DNA of 63,770 nucleotides, filler included, from Basidiobolus ranarum (Eukaryota): NCBI GenBank assembly GCA_040143965.1. It is 14 parts of 14 records of this genome, joined end to end, with 100 filler letters (N's around TTAATTAATTAA, not from the genome) between each part and the next. Parts side by side here need not be neighbours in the genome. Positions count along the whole stretch, not along the records: positions 1 to 4,482 come from JASJQH010001948.1; positions 4,583 to 9,062 come from JASJQH010001949.1; positions 9,163 to 13,636 come from JASJQH010001950.1; 11 more parts are not named here. One strand, 5' to 3'. Shown piece by piece: positions 1 to 12,615 of this stretch (position 1 is its first letter; each line of letters starts with the position of its first letter). The notes under the pieces were generated by a model. It saw only the letters and a program-made list of their open reading frames with translations, ran no database searches and was not told where the DNA came from. The position numbers and the translations under genes were made by a program.

Positions 1-2308
1 GGCCATATATACTCCAACTATAGATTGGCCGAGAGTCAATACGATAAGAGCAGCACACAAAGCTACCCAAAGACCCTTAAGACCCATGTTAAATTTAAAA
101 GCAAGAACTCCACCGAGAGGTACAGCGATAACATAATATCCCATAAGATTGAAGAAAGCGCCGATGGAAGGACGGCCTTGACCACGTAAAATACCACCGC
201 CTATACTACCCACAACATCGCACATCTATAATTGGATTAAAGTTACTAACAGAGAATCTAATGATAGAAAAGCATCCAGAATTAACACAAGCGAATTAGT
301 GGTTGATCTTACCTGACAGGCAGCAAGGACAGGTGTAATAGCGGCTACTAGTTTGATTACTCCGCTATCATTAATAAATATATAGGGCCACTGGTGTCTT
401 AAGACAATGAGCAAAATGGCGTTGTATAGACCCATTACAAAACTTATATATGTAGCAGCATGAGCAGCACGTTTTGCATGTAACGGTAAATTGCCACCAA
501 GATAATGACCAACACGAATACTAGCAGCAACTCCCCACCCTGTAATCAAACAAATAACGCAACTGGTCAATAAATGCATGAGTAAGCCTATCAAACCAAA
601 ATCACTTACCAAGTGTGATTTGATAAAGACAAGCATCTGTGGTGACCAGTACCGACTGCGCAGCGAGAGCGGTAATACCGAAGAAAGTGGTTGCCAAAGT
701 GACCAATTCCCAAGCGCAGAATTCAGCAGAAATGACGACTACACTAGGGATAGCTAGTGAAATACAGACTTATATTAGTATATCGTGGTATTTGAATTAT
801 GGCTTCTGTGGTTGAAAAAATGGTAGTTTACCTAAATGAATAAATGTACCCCACTCTTCAAGGCACTTGTGTGACCATCCTCCCCAAGCCTCACTGCCGT
901 TAACGTAGCGAATATACCCAACAGTCAACAAAAACACAAGGGTATAGGAGATAGAATAGGCGATAGGAGCACCCGCAAATCCAATGGCAGTAGGTGGCCA
1001 TAGTACCAGAAGATAAGTGAGAATAAATGTAAACGGAGTTACAATACCTAGAATTATAGTGCTGGCATTCATAATTCCTGTAAAATTAAATTAGCACATG
1101 TGATACGATCAAAATCAAAATTAATCGGTAGTAATTACCTTGTGCCTGCAAGTAACGCTTGATACTTTCGAAAAGTAGAACTGGTAACATACCAGGCCAA
1201 AGCCATTTAAGATAAATAGCTGCAAGTTGGGCCAAATACGGTTCCTGACGCATGATATTGATGAATATCCATTCGGCATTGAACCAAACGAATCCAAGAG
1301 CACCCCATAGAGCAACCATAAATAAAATTGCACGCTGTAAATGTACTCCCACAACCGTAATATCATGGGCACCAGTAAAAGCCTGACTACAGAGTGTGTC
1401 CAAAGCAGTAGCTAAACCAATTCCTGGACTCAACGCAGTTAATGTAGAAAACATGCTGGCTAACGTAGCAGCACCGAGCTCTATAAGAAACATTGTTAGC
1501 AACTAGACATGACTAAAACCTATAGAATAAACGATAATTTACCTTCAGCACCCATTCTACCAAGTACCATGATACCAGCCAAATTGATTATATACTGCAA
1601 TAAATATGAACCTACCAGAGGCATTGCCATTTTAACCAACTCCACTGCTTCTTCTTTGATAGTAAGCAAAGGTTGTTCTTCTGAAATATGAGAAGACTCA
1701 AGACTAGAATCGGTAGAGTGTATGCTGCCCACACGTGTTATGTGAGAGGGGATAGGGTGATGCTTTGAATCTAAGGTAGGTATTATACGTGTAGGCTTTG
1801 AGGGTTTAGATGGAAGAACAAGCAAAGAGTCATTTTCTTTTTGACCAACACTAGGCAAACGATCAGTTTCTTCCTGCACTTTGTCTAAAGTATTACCACC
1901 AGTACTACCATAGCCTCTTACTTTACTAGTATTTGTGACTGCTTCATCACGTGCATTATTGTGTTCTTGAGATTCTGAAGCAGAAACTGCTTTCTTAGCT
2001 TTATTGGTATCGTCAGAGGTAGCTTGCTTATCACGCTTAGAACGCTTAGGAGTCGAGTTATCTACTACTAGTGAATCTCGACGAACTAACGGGGGTACTG
2101 CTTTCGGATTACTTCTTAATGGACGTGCGGCTGCTCTTGATGTAGTAGTACCTGGCGGAGGGGCTGGTGGAGGTGCTGGAGAAGATTCTCTCCTCTTGAA
2201 AATAATAGGAGCTCCACCTTCACCGCGTCGAGAAAGCCTTCGATTGAGTGCAGCTCTATTGGGATTAGGATTAATGGAATTCGAATTGTCAGGTGTTGAC
2301 GTTGTCAT
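1..2308 (-). CDS. MATE-family multidrug/toxin efflux transporter (ERC1-like), spliced, 3' end truncated by contig edge
   Basis: Manual splicing gives exons of about 2308-1543, 1480-1139, 1077-832, 753-609, 539-313 and 225-1 with GT-AG introns. MATE motifs include ELGAATLASMF..GLATALDTLCSQAF, KRYLQAQG, ASIRVGHYLG and GGILRGQGRPSIGAFFNLMGYYVIAVPLG. The N-terminus is long and low-complexity. Confidence 0.93.
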
Positions 2309-3005
2309 GATTCACCCAACTAGATATAATGACGGATTATTGATTCTTTGTTCCTAGAAATATCCAAGAAAATTCGTACAGAGCTACCGGACAGATATTG
2401 AGTCCAAATTTGCAAGAAATCCCAACGGGAATATGAACAAACGGGACGCTTTGAGAAGGACAAGAAATAAATCAGTCTCGAGAAATAGATCCACCAATGA
2501 AACTTCACTGTTGAAAATTTTCATGATTGTATCGATTTTAGATAATAAAAGTGATTTGAATGCAGATTCTAGATTATTACAGACGTTACTAGATGGGAAA
2601 ATACGTCCCCCGAAATAAACAAAGATGTAGTAGCAGCCAACAATTACCGAATGATGACGACAGTGAATCTTCTATTTCACTCGATGATCATTATTCTTGA
2701 ACATTTAGTTCCGTCCGAATTTGGCCCTCGTTCTCATTACTAATACTGAATAGGGTTCAAGAATAACTCAACCGTTACCCATAGGGATAGTACAGAAACC
2801 CTAACCCTCTCTCGCTTCAATCTAGGTTCATATTGTCGAATGACAATATATATGGAATAACACGTTGCTTGTAAATACTAATACACATACAATATTTAAA
2901 AATTTATTTAATAAAGACAAATGAGGAAGCAACGAATTTACAATTATATAATCTTTTAAAGGAGAGATGCTGAAATATCATAATCTACTAGACTATATAT
3001 TTCAT

Positions 3006-3212
3006 CTACTTTGAATCTACCCAGCGCAGGTTTCTACAGCATTTTTTTGAGGATTTATTGTCCAAAGCTTGCTGTAAAGAATGGGGTTCTTGTTGTGTTT
3101 CTTCATAGGAGCGTTTCAACTTCAAGGTGAATGTACGTGGAGAAATTTTAGGAGTTGGCGGGGTTAGGTATATGTCAGGTATTGTACAAAGATCTTCACA
3201 GAGGATCTCCAT
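3006..3212 (-). CDS. Putative 68-aa microprotein with PxIxIT-like (PDIYLT) plus TPPTP motif
   Basis: Intact ORF with a strong start context (GAAAATGG) and TATATAAAA about 280 bp upstream on the same strand (3503-3495). Downstream sequence is AT-rich. The call rests on motif resemblance only. Confidence 0.45.
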   Translation of the reverse strand: MEILCEDLCTIPDIYLTPPTPKISPRTFTLKLKRSYEETQQEPHSLQQALDNKSSKKCCRNLRWVDSK

Positions 3213-4176
3213 TTTCCGCCAAGAAAAATACCAGTCTTGTATTGTCCAAGTTCAACGTTGTTTCTCTGTTTAAACACGGGTTGCCAACCAAAACAGACAA
3301 ACAGGAAAAGATAAGTGTAAACTGAAGATATCCAGAATAATAGATATTTTATTGTTTAAATGATTGGTGGTCGATGTAATAGATCGCTAAGCATAACGCG
3401 TAAACAGATTCAGTGAATCATCGACTATTTGTTGCTTTCTCTCACAAAAGTAGAAGTTGAAGGTCAGATACCCAATACACTCCACTTGACATGCTTTTAT
3501 ATAAGGACACAGCGTTCGTGTGCCCCGAATCGATTGCTTCATACCTATCATTCAGATCTAACGCGAGATAATTTAATAGTTGCATCAAGATACATCCTAA
3601 CATGCTGTGCCCACATATAATCGAGAGATCTCCCGGATTTACTGATCATTTAGTGCGGTTGTTCGCTGACCCTTATTTGTTTGAGCCGATTATCGTTCAA
3701 AAATATAGTGGTGTTGTGATCGTAGCTTTAGTTCTTGTTGGATAGTTCAGTATTAATTTCATATTCTGCATTGTCGAATGAGAGGCAGGCTTAGGTAATG
3801 TGAGTGCAATATACCTTGATCTTATTGATATGGTACTACATATGCACAGCTGAGCTTAACCGAACAAGCGCAGTTCCAGCATATATTTGCTTGGACAATA
3901 TGTCTTTCCTAGATAAACCTGTCTCTTCCTCACTCAACCCCTTTCTCATTGTTTCATTCAGCACTTTCACTTATCGTACATATATTTAGCATTCTCGTTT
4001 TCATTCTGCTCATTCGCTTTGAAATTTAGTTATCAAACTCATTTCTTATTTTTATCAGGTTAACAAGTCGAGAGTTCTTCAAACATTCTCCAAATATTTC
4101 TGTTTGAACAGTTTTCTCTCTTTACCACCTTGTAACACATATCTGTATTTGTTTCATCTCCAAGGTAACTTCAACA

Positions 4177-4482
4177 ATGCAAGCGGAAAAGAAACATATG
4201 GAGTTAAGCGATACCGCTCCACCAAGTTATAATAGTCTTTATCCAAGAGATAGCGAAGAGATACCCGAGCTAAAGGATAAAGATGATAAGACTCCCATCA
4301 ACAATGTGATCGCATCAATAAACCGTATGAGTACACACACTCCTAGATACCAGGACCAATGTGCCAGTTTGAGTGAGAACCAGAAGATAAGAATAAGCGC
4401 AGCCACTTTAGCCAAAGATATCAATCGACTATCACGCGGACAATATGCTAACCAGAGAGCCGTACCCAGTAGTCAGATACTG
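4177..4482 (+). CDS. Hypothetical protein, 5' part only (PPSY motif; repeated INR[ML]...Y.[DN]Q.A unit)
   Basis: ORF open to the contig end, ACAATG start context and a pyrimidine-rich 5' leader. Internal repeat INRMSTHTPRYQDQCA / INRLSRGQYANQRA. Confidence 0.6.
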
Positions 4483-4582
4483 NNNNNNNNNNNNNNNNNN
4501 NNNNNNNNNNNNNNNNNNNNNNNNNNTTAATTAATTAANNNNNNNNNNNNNNNNNNNNNNNNNNNNNNNNNNNNNNNNNNNN
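4483..4582. other. Artificial contig-joining spacer (44N-TTAATTAATTAA-44N), first of 13. Others start at 9063, 13637, 18209, 22779, 27346, 31907, 36466, 41024, 45582, 50134, 54683 and 59230
   Basis: Identical 100-nt spacer with stops in all six frames. The intervening contig lengths never increase. Confidence 0.99.
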
Positions 4583-5330
4583 AAATAAACAACAGGATTC
4601 AAATCAAATATAATTTTTGCCTAAGAAAAAGCCTATTAGCAATACTTTTAGTTTCACATAGTCCCTAAAGAGTTACCCAACAAAATAGGCATATATAAGT
4701 CTGAAAGTAAGTGCCTCAATTGAGATTCTCTGAGATGTAGACAAAGTGTAGAGATATCTTTTTTCTGCTTCTTGTGAAATGCAAGGATATCTTTTGGTGA
4801 TCCTTTTGGCTCTATTTCTTCTCCTGTAACATATTCCAAAATGTCCTTGTCTTCTAGCATCATTTACATCTTGAACTTCCAAAGGTGAAAGACTTCTCCA
4901 TCAAACTTCTCTGTGGATGCAAAAACATTGGTAATAGTATTGGTAGACATTCCTTTAACAGCTAGCTTGGGTCTCATAACCTGATAAAAGTGTTCAGGGG
5001 ATCAGGAAGCGTTTTGGACACAATTTGGATTTGTGAATTAGACACTTCAATTTCATTGATATGAATATGTGCTATTTTTGGTTTGCTGTAAAATAGGACT
5101 ATTGGACATGTTTAGATCATAACAAACATGCCTGTTATGCATGGGTGAAAATTTGAGGTTATTTGAACAAGTTTTGAGATAATAGAGAAAATTGGTAAAG
5201 GTGACAAATGATATTTCTATCAGTGAGAGCAATAAACACACATCTTTGAATGGCGGAATTAAGTGCTAATAATCAGAACATGAATAAACTAAACACTAAA
5301 TAAAGAGCTGCTATTTATCTAATTTTGACA
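4583..5330 (-). mobile_element. Ty1/copia 5' end: LTR (5330-4982), PBS, degenerate gag N-terminus
   Basis: LTR TGTCA...TATCA (about 349 bp) is homologous to 41896-42247 and 56356-56705. It is followed by PBS GGTTATGAGACC and gag EKFDGEVFHLWKFKM with stops. Confidence 0.88.
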
Positions 5331-5787
5331 AAACTAGTCCAGGGATATTTATCTGTCAAAATGTGTATTTGCTCACAAATGACTTCAGATGTTGATAAAA
5401 ATCAATTTCTCACTTTCCATGAGCTTACATGGCTTCTCTGGCATTGCCCAGCACATATGTTAGTGTTGAAATAAGACTTATCTAAGTAACTCTGTACTCA
5501 CAGGTAGTTTAGTTTTAGTTATTCTATATTTTACTAAAATATTCTCCTTTCTTTTCAATTAGTAGTCAATAGAATACTTGTGCTAACTCCAAGGTTTTAA
5601 GTTATATAGAATCTTCAAACTTGGGGCACAAACCCCACACTTTGCACACATATTGATGTTGGGAGTTCTTGACACAATGAGGGTAGACTTTGTAAATAAG
5701 AAGTAACTTATTGTAGATTTTAGTTATTTTAGTTTTTAGAGAATATGGTGACTTGATTAGCCACAAAGTAAACAAATTCCTTGAAAT

Positions 5788-8700
5788 TGTCAGAAATTTG
5801 CATAATAAAATATAATAGGTAAGTAGGGGTAATAAGTGTGGAAATTAGTATTGCCTAAACATCTATAGGGTCATATATAGCTTTGTATTTAGTTATCTTA
5901 CATTTCATTAAGATATCACTCATTAATCCTAATTGGCATTTACTTCAAATATTTTACCAACTTAGAAGTTCTTGGATATATATATTATTCAAACTTGCAC
6001 TAGAAGCCTCAAACTTTGCACACATGTTCCTGGGACTTTCTTTACTACATTCTACATGCTTGTTTGTTTACATCTTGACAAAAGTGTAAAGGTCAACTTT
6101 CAACTCAATAAATCAATAAGTAAACTCACCAATTTCTCTATTTCTCTAAGTTAACTGTCGCAGGATACCAAATACTTAAACAGATTATGAGCGCCAAGGT
6201 TGCACTCTATTAATGTTACTTCTCAAACTTGTGGAACTTTTCTCTCTTCTGAAACAATGGATTAAACCAATTAACAAGTTTGGAGCATTCAATGGGAAAG
6301 GCTGCTGTAAAAAAAGGGGCCTTAGGACACTGTTGGAGGAGAAGAAAGCAAGGCAAAACCTTCTGAAATCAAAGTTTTCTTCCAGGTCAAAAAAAGAAAC
6401 AGGTACTTTTAACACAATCTTTCAAAATGATAGAGATGAATTGGTAATTCAACGTTCAAGAGCTAAAACTGCCAAGTATGTATAGAAAGCCTGGCAAGAC
6501 ACCCACCAAACATGTTCTGCTGCTAATAGGAGGCTTCTATGAAGACAATTCTTTAACTTGAAGATAAATTCAAAAGAAGACATTGAATCACTAATTAGTA
6601 GAGTGACTATTTTAGTGAATGAAATGGAATGCATTGCAGTACCTATTGCTGATCAAGATGTCATGGTTAGAGTCCTGAAAAGCCTACCAGAGAAGTTTCA
6701 GATGCTAGTAATGACTCTGGGCTCAAGAACTGAATATTTGACCATTAATTATGTACCTGGCCAACTTCTGTACAAAGATTTAAACAAATTGGGTTCTAAC
6801 CAAAAGAATGAGAAATATGCTTTAATCAGATGTGGAATTACCAACAAGGATTTTCAAATGTGATATATTTATTGCTGAGCTTCACAACATCTTTCAAATG
6901 AAAATCATTGGTTTGCATATTATAAAGAAATTCCAATTAGAAAGTCTTTCATGGGAGATGATCATATGTTGGATGCTATGGGATTGGGAACAATTCAAGT
7001 TAACTTAGCTGGAGCTTCTGAAGAGAAAGTATACACTTTTAAGGATATGCTGAATTTTGCAGATATTGCCAAGAACTTAATATCTGTATGCAAGGCCACC
7101 TCAGATGAGCTAAAATTCAATCAAATAATTCAAGATGCAACATCACCAATAAAATGTGAATTATTTAGCTTTGGGAGAAAAGGATCAGAGCTTGTATCAA
7201 CTTACATCTAGTCCAAGAGGTGTGTGTGTAAATATAAGCTATTCCAATCAAGAAACTATTCAATTGTGGCATAAGAGATTTGGCCATGTTGGATTTGATT
7301 ATATGAGCAAAATGAACAAAAATTGCCTAATTCCTGAAATTCAAATTAACCACCCAACCAAAATAAAAATTTGTGAGGGTTGCATATATGGAAAACAAGC
7401 AAGGCAACCATTCAAGCGCTCTGGTTTAATCAAATTTGTCACAAAAGTGGATCTAATTCATTTAGATTTTGGAGCACCTATCCAAACTTTATCTTTGGAA
7501 GGAAAAAGAAATATAATCACATTTATTGATGATTATACAAGATACACTACGGTCTACTTGAAGCAAATAATAGAAGAGGCTCTCTTTATCGTTAGAGACT
7601 TCACTTGGGGAAATTGAAACTGGAACTAAAATCAAGAAAATATGTTAACAATATGGAGGAGAATATACTTCTGCACTATTTAAAAATTTAACAAAGTACA
7701 TGGAATAGAATAAAAAACTACTGCACCTATTCACCTCAACAAAATGGAGTTGCTGAAAAAGCTAACAAAACTATAGTAGAAGTGGCAATATATATGATAA
7801 AAGCACAAAATGTATCTTATATCTTATTCATGAATTATGTTGCTACAGCTGTATATCTGATAAATGGAAGTTTTACTAGAAGTCACTCTGGCTCCATACC
7901 ATACCAAGCTTGGTTTAGAGTTGAACATGATGTAGACCATTTGAGGATCTTTTGATACATAGCTTGCATCCAAATCATGATCTAAAATTGGTCTAAGTTT
8001 GATACAAAAAGTAAGAAATGCACTTTTTGGGGTTTTTGTACTCACACCAAGCCCTACAAAATCTATGATATGAATATTTCCTAGTTAATCCAGTGCAGGG
8101 ATGTTGTGTTTTATGAAAATGAAATATATTCATCCATAATGATCTCAGATAATGATGAAAATTGTTTTCTCTTGAGCTAATCATTCATATTGATTTAAGC
8201 CAAAACAAAGGAGAAAATAGCATTCCTGTGGGCCCTTGAACCAGAATTCAGCCTACTGAAGTGCTCAATATAATGGTAGATGTTATAGTACCTTTATTTG
8301 AAATCAGGATATCAGATTGGATCAGTAATAACCCTGATTACTGTATGAATGAGTCCCATTATTGGGCCAATGCCAGCTCAGTACAAATATATAACCCCTT
8401 ACTGTAATAGAAACCCTGAAGGGCCATCACACAAGATCCTGCCAATCTGCAATAGCTGATTGGTACCACACATTGATTGATAATCAGTCTTGTGTTTTAA
8501 CCAGCCTGTATGATGATACAAACTTGCTTGGCTGCCAATGGGTGTTGAAAGTTAAATTCTTCTCTGATAGCAATATAGAAAGGTACAAGGCTCAAATAGT
8601 GGCCAAAGAATGTTCCCAAACACCAGGAATAGGTTGCACAGAAACGTTTGCTCCTGTAGCAAAGTTTAATTCAATTGATTGATTTCGGCAACTTTAGCTC

Positions 8701-8881
8701 AATATCAGCCTATTGAATATCATATACATGTTAAAGCTGCTTTTTTGAATGACAAGCCTGCTGAGAAGATCATGATAAGCCAGCCAGATGTATTTATCAA
8801 CCCAGAAAACTGAAGAATGTGTGTAGACTCTTGAAAACACTGTGTGGCTTAAAGCAATCTCCATGTGCTTGGAAGAGCAAG
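5788..8881 (+). mobile_element. Degenerate Ty1/copia retrotransposon of a second family: LTR about 5788-6182, PBS-like site, gag-PR-IN-RT
   Basis: TG...CA LTR followed by GATTATGAGCGCC. Gag (VLKSLPEKF), pre-integrase LWHKRFGH..CEGC, integrase TFIDDYTRY and QQNGVAEK, RT ERYKAQIVAK..TETFAPVAK and GLKQSP. IN precedes RT, the copia order. Many stops and frameshifts. Confidence 0.92.
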
Positions 8882-9062
8882 TGTCATGATTCCAATCTTG
8901 GCATGCTCTTTCTCTGCATATGGAATCATTTTGATTATTAGATTATGACTTACTAACTACTGCATCATTCTTTCTTGGCAATCTTATGCTGGCTCATCAA
9001 GGTTACCTTACATGGAATTTGGACCCCTCATATCATCCCCTAAATTGTATATGTCCACCAAG
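8882..9062 (+). mobile_element. Start of an LTR-like insertion truncating the copia RT
   Basis: Abrupt switch to TGTCATGA. Shares ACCTTACATGGAA...ATCATCCC...TTGTAT with the reverse complement of 59081-59160. Confidence 0.5.
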
Positions 9063-9753
9063 NNNNNNNNNNNNNNNNNNNNNNNNNNNNNNNNNNNNNN
9101 NNNNNNTTAATTAATTAANNNNNNNNNNNNNNNNNNNNNNNNNNNNNNNNNNNNNNNNNNNNTTGTATCTACCCGGAAGTAGTAATGTGCATATAATAAT
9201 GCTCCGTCAATACTACTTTCTTCTTTATTGACCTCATAACAATTCTTACAAATAACAATTTAATAATGAATAAAAGAACAGAGAAGGAGGATCAAATGAC
9301 CGGAATCTGTTAAAAGTTATCAACGGGGATCAACCGTTAGGAAAGGTATCAGATATTGAGTTACGATGGGTGGAGAATGAGAATACTCTTAAGCTGTAAA
9401 TGAATGGATTGCTGACCTTATGAGCAACGCAACCAGTTGTTACGAAAATTGAATGGCATTTTCGGTACAAGATATCAAGCCAACCCCCACCATATCTTAT
9501 ACACCTACTCCCCATTCATTTCACTTGATCTTCATAAAGTTTCAACACTTCACACCTCCTATTCGTCTCAGAATCATCCTAAACGCTACAAAGTGTAAAC
9601 ATCTCCTAAATCAGGCAGCAATGCCACTCGATTTCTCCCACATCCACTCTATAAAATAGCATAAATCGAAATAATATAAATCGGACAATTTATCGATAAC
9701 TCAATTTGGAAATTACTGTCACCTGAGGAACTCAGCCCTAACACAGTAATTAG

Positions 9754-9825
9754 GGCTCAATGGTCTAGTCGTATGATTCCACGTTCGGGTCGTGGAGGTC
9801 CCGGGTTCAATTCCCGGTTGAGCCC
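9754..9825 (+). tRNA. tRNA-Pro(CGG), intronless
   Basis: Cloverleaf with acceptor GGCTCAA/TTGAGCC, anticodon stem CCACG/CGTGG with loop TTCGGGT, and T arm CCGGG-TTCAATT-CCCGG. TTTT at 9839-9842. The D loop has C in place of G18. Confidence 0.92.
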
Positions 9826-10683
9826 TTCACTTTGACAATTTTACGTACGTTATTAGATTTGTTCGAGGTTGGATTTAAAGATATCTAGACACTTTAAATA
9901 TATTCGTATTTCGTCCACCAATTACTAAATTGGCGCAAATTTATTTTAGAACAGTTCAAGAAATAATGACATCGAAATCTGTGCATTCATGCTTTAATGG
10001 AAGCAACTGAATAATTCTTTAAGTGGGCTATTATCGCCGTTCAAACCAGAAACTCAAAGCTCCTCAATTTAGTTTGTTTCTTGTTCCTGGAATAGTTGCA
10101 CAATTACTATTGCGTATACAGGATATTTTAGTTTGTCAAAGGGAGAATTATGATAAAAAATGGATTTGTCAGCATTGTATATCATAAGTGCTAAACGAAC
10201 TTTGATATCGATTGCTGTCAAGTGAGGCCTGTAAATCTTTATAAAATAATTGAATTGATGTAGATGCAAAAATGAGCGTTAATGAGACAACATTTTAATA
10301 GAAATGATCAATACTATAGGTTCAAAAGAGAATATTTGATATTTTAACTTGGAAAACAATCTAGACTAATATTTAGTTTACTTTGATTACTGAAATATTT
10401 GCTAGTTAGGTGCTTCATAAGCGATAAATATAAGGCTGGATAAAAGAAATTCTTCAAGATGGATATAGAAAGTAGAAGTTAATTTGAGTTCTCATGAAAA
10501 CAATGTAGGATTTTTATTGCTTGCACTTAATCATACTATTTATCATGCAGTATAAAGAGTAGTATAAAATAGAAATTAGGAACGAAAAGAAGCAAAGGTG
10601 TTTCAACAGCAATATGATTCGTTTGTTGACTCATAAATAGTAATATTCAGATTTCGATAAATCATCCCAAACAAAACAATCGA

Positions 10684-10713
10684 GGTCTAGTATGATTCCA
10701 CATCCAGATCGTG
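10684..10713 (+). pseudogene. Decayed fragment of tRNA-Pro
   Basis: GGTCTAG---TATGATTCCACATCCAGATCGTG aligns with GGTCTAGTCGTATGATTCCACGTTCGGGTCGTG of the tRNA 0.9 kb upstream. Confidence 0.55.
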
Positions 10714-11380
10714 AATTATTGGCAGTGCTGTTTATCACTTTTACATGATATTTCTTTAGATGTGACTTTCAAAAGTATCAATTCATAATCAACATATTTC
10801 ACTACCCTGACATTAACTATCCTACCCCTGTGCTGGAACTTCCCCTAATTTATTAAATCATGAATTGCATCAATTTTAGTTCTCGCCTTAAAAATTAACT
10901 ATATTGGAGAGGAGGAGCTACATCAGTTTGATCTATCGAGATCTAGTGGGTTCAGATAATACGCGATCGCTGTGATGAAAAGTGATCAATTTGACTACAA
11001 CCAATGAATGTAAAGTATCAAACTTGATTTATGCGAACCTTCTTACGTAGCTTAGAATACATTCTCCATTTTCATTGGACTCTCATTTACTGTTTATAAG
11101 GCGAAAATAATCCCGCGAATTCGATAACATACCGAGTCTAACCTAATGCATAACTCTCGGTAAGTTGTTCCAAATCTAAGTGAAACTACCTATTTCAGTG
11201 GTGCGGGCTGTGCTTGGTCTCGACATCACGCCTTTTTATTCCCTAACTTGGGATATCAGTGGCTATGGTGTCTGTGAATAGAAGCTATTATTAAAGTGGT
11301 TATATTACCTGACCTAGAGTGTGAAAGTATTAGAATACTATAATGGACACTCGATTGTTGCAACTACCTATCTCTGTATC

Positions 11381-11458
11381 TATGAACTATTAAAGCGAAC
11401 AGCACTTACTTATTGGGCTTATGAACTATTAAAGCGAACAGTACTTACTTATTGGGCT
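11381..11458. repeat. Tandem duplication, 2 x 39 bp
   Basis: TATGAACTATTAAAGCGAACAG[C/T]ACTTACTTATTGGGCT occurs twice with one mismatch. Confidence 0.95.
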
Positions 11459-11971
11459 TATCGGAATGGAATGGATTAGGTCTACTCATATTCGCATCGT
11501 CGGGGTTAACAACGTTGGAAACATGATCAAATGCAAAGATGATTTGTTAAAGAGACAGAATGTCCAAGACCCACTACGGAATTATTGTTGAACAAGTAGT
11601 CATGAATGATAACATACCTTCTTTCAACGAAATACTGCGTTATCATGCTTGTAACGATCATACTTGAGAAAGGTAGGATGGGTCATTCTATTAGCTTATT
11701 TATCAAGTGAGAAAATTTCTTTTATTATCGGCAATTACATTCAAGCAGTTCTGATTGATGTGATGATAAATATGTGATATTGTATCACAAGGCGATAAAG
11801 ATGGTAAGAAAGTCAAACATAAATGACATCATATAATTTCCTATCATCAGTCAATCAGAAGCAGTCACTTCAACCATTTGACAGTTGCTTACAGATAATA
11901 ATGCAGCTAATTATATATTGATTGTAATGGCTGGCTGTGAACTGATTATAGTTATAGATCTTATTTCTATC

Positions 11972-12070
11972 AATGCTATGATATATCCGTGTTAATGCTA
12001 CGATTTATTCCTGTTTATGCTATGATAGATGATTATTAATGCTGTGATATATTACTGTTAAAGCTATGGA
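11972..12070. repeat. Degenerate 22-bp minisatellite, about 4.5 copies
   Basis: Units AATGCTATGATATATCCGTGTT / AATGCTACGATTTATTCCTGTT / TATGCTATGATAGATGATTATT / AATGCTGTGATATATTACTGTT / AAAGCTATGGA. Confidence 0.8.
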
Positions 12071-12180
12071 ATGTCATTAAATTGTAGATATCCCATTTAT
12101 AGTTTATTCCAAGTGCATAAGTAGATGAATACGAAAATAATCAATAACTGGATACAGATTGATGATTGACGTAGAATTAG

Positions 12181-12570
12181 CTAATTTGAGCAATTGATGC
12201 TGAATGGCTGCTTCTCAATGTTCCAGTAAACCTGTACGGGACATCTACCATCATCACAAGCCTTTCTCTTGGTAATCTTACACTTGGTGGGCAAGGTAAT
12301 GGATCCTTGACAGTAAGAAATAACGGGATTTCCCCCATTCTGGAAGTCTATACAAGCGTCTTCGGAGGGGTCGCAATATCTTTGACCAGAGGTGGCGGTA
12401 CCTTGCCACTTGATCTTGTGGTTAATACCATCAATGTTTACACTAGCTTGAACGGAATCATAGAATGCACCACTCATGTACATTTGGCCACTGACGGTTC
12501 CAGTATGCTTAGTAAGAGCCATCACACTTGATGCCATAAAGACGATTGAAGCAAGGATATATGATTTCAT
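12181..12570 (-). CDS. Small secreted cysteine-rich protein (129 aa, 7 Cys), intronless
   Basis: Signal-peptide-like N-terminus MKSYILASIVFMASSVMA, start context GAAAATGA, and TATAAATA about 46 bp upstream. No family recognised. Confidence 0.85.
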   Translation of the reverse strand: MKSYILASIVFMASSVMALTKHTGTVSGQMYMSGAFYDSVQASVNIDGINHKIKWQGTATSGQRYCDPSEDACIDFQNGGNPVISYCQGSITLPTKCKITKRKACDDGRCPVQVYWNIEKQPFSINCSN

Positions 12571-12615
12571 TTTCAGAGATGTTGGAGGTGATAATAAAGC
12601 AGTTGATCCGGTGAC

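Noticed and set aside
2004..2357. Antisense ORFs over real genes (also 15758-16018, 60581-60958, 62381-62605)
   Set aside because: They are shadows of the coding strand with no independent evidence.
2651..2749. ATGATGA...CTGA as a box C/D snoRNA
   Set aside because: No terminal stem or recognisable rRNA guide, and such short boxes arise by chance.
4527..4538. Periodic TTAATTAATTAA as a biological repeat or CRISPR-like array
   Set aside because: It is always embedded in 44+44 N and is a six-frame-stop linker added during concatenation.
11381..12070. 39-bp and 22-bp repeats as a CRISPR array
   Set aside because: Units are head-to-tail with no unique spacers, the context is eukaryotic and there are no cas genes.
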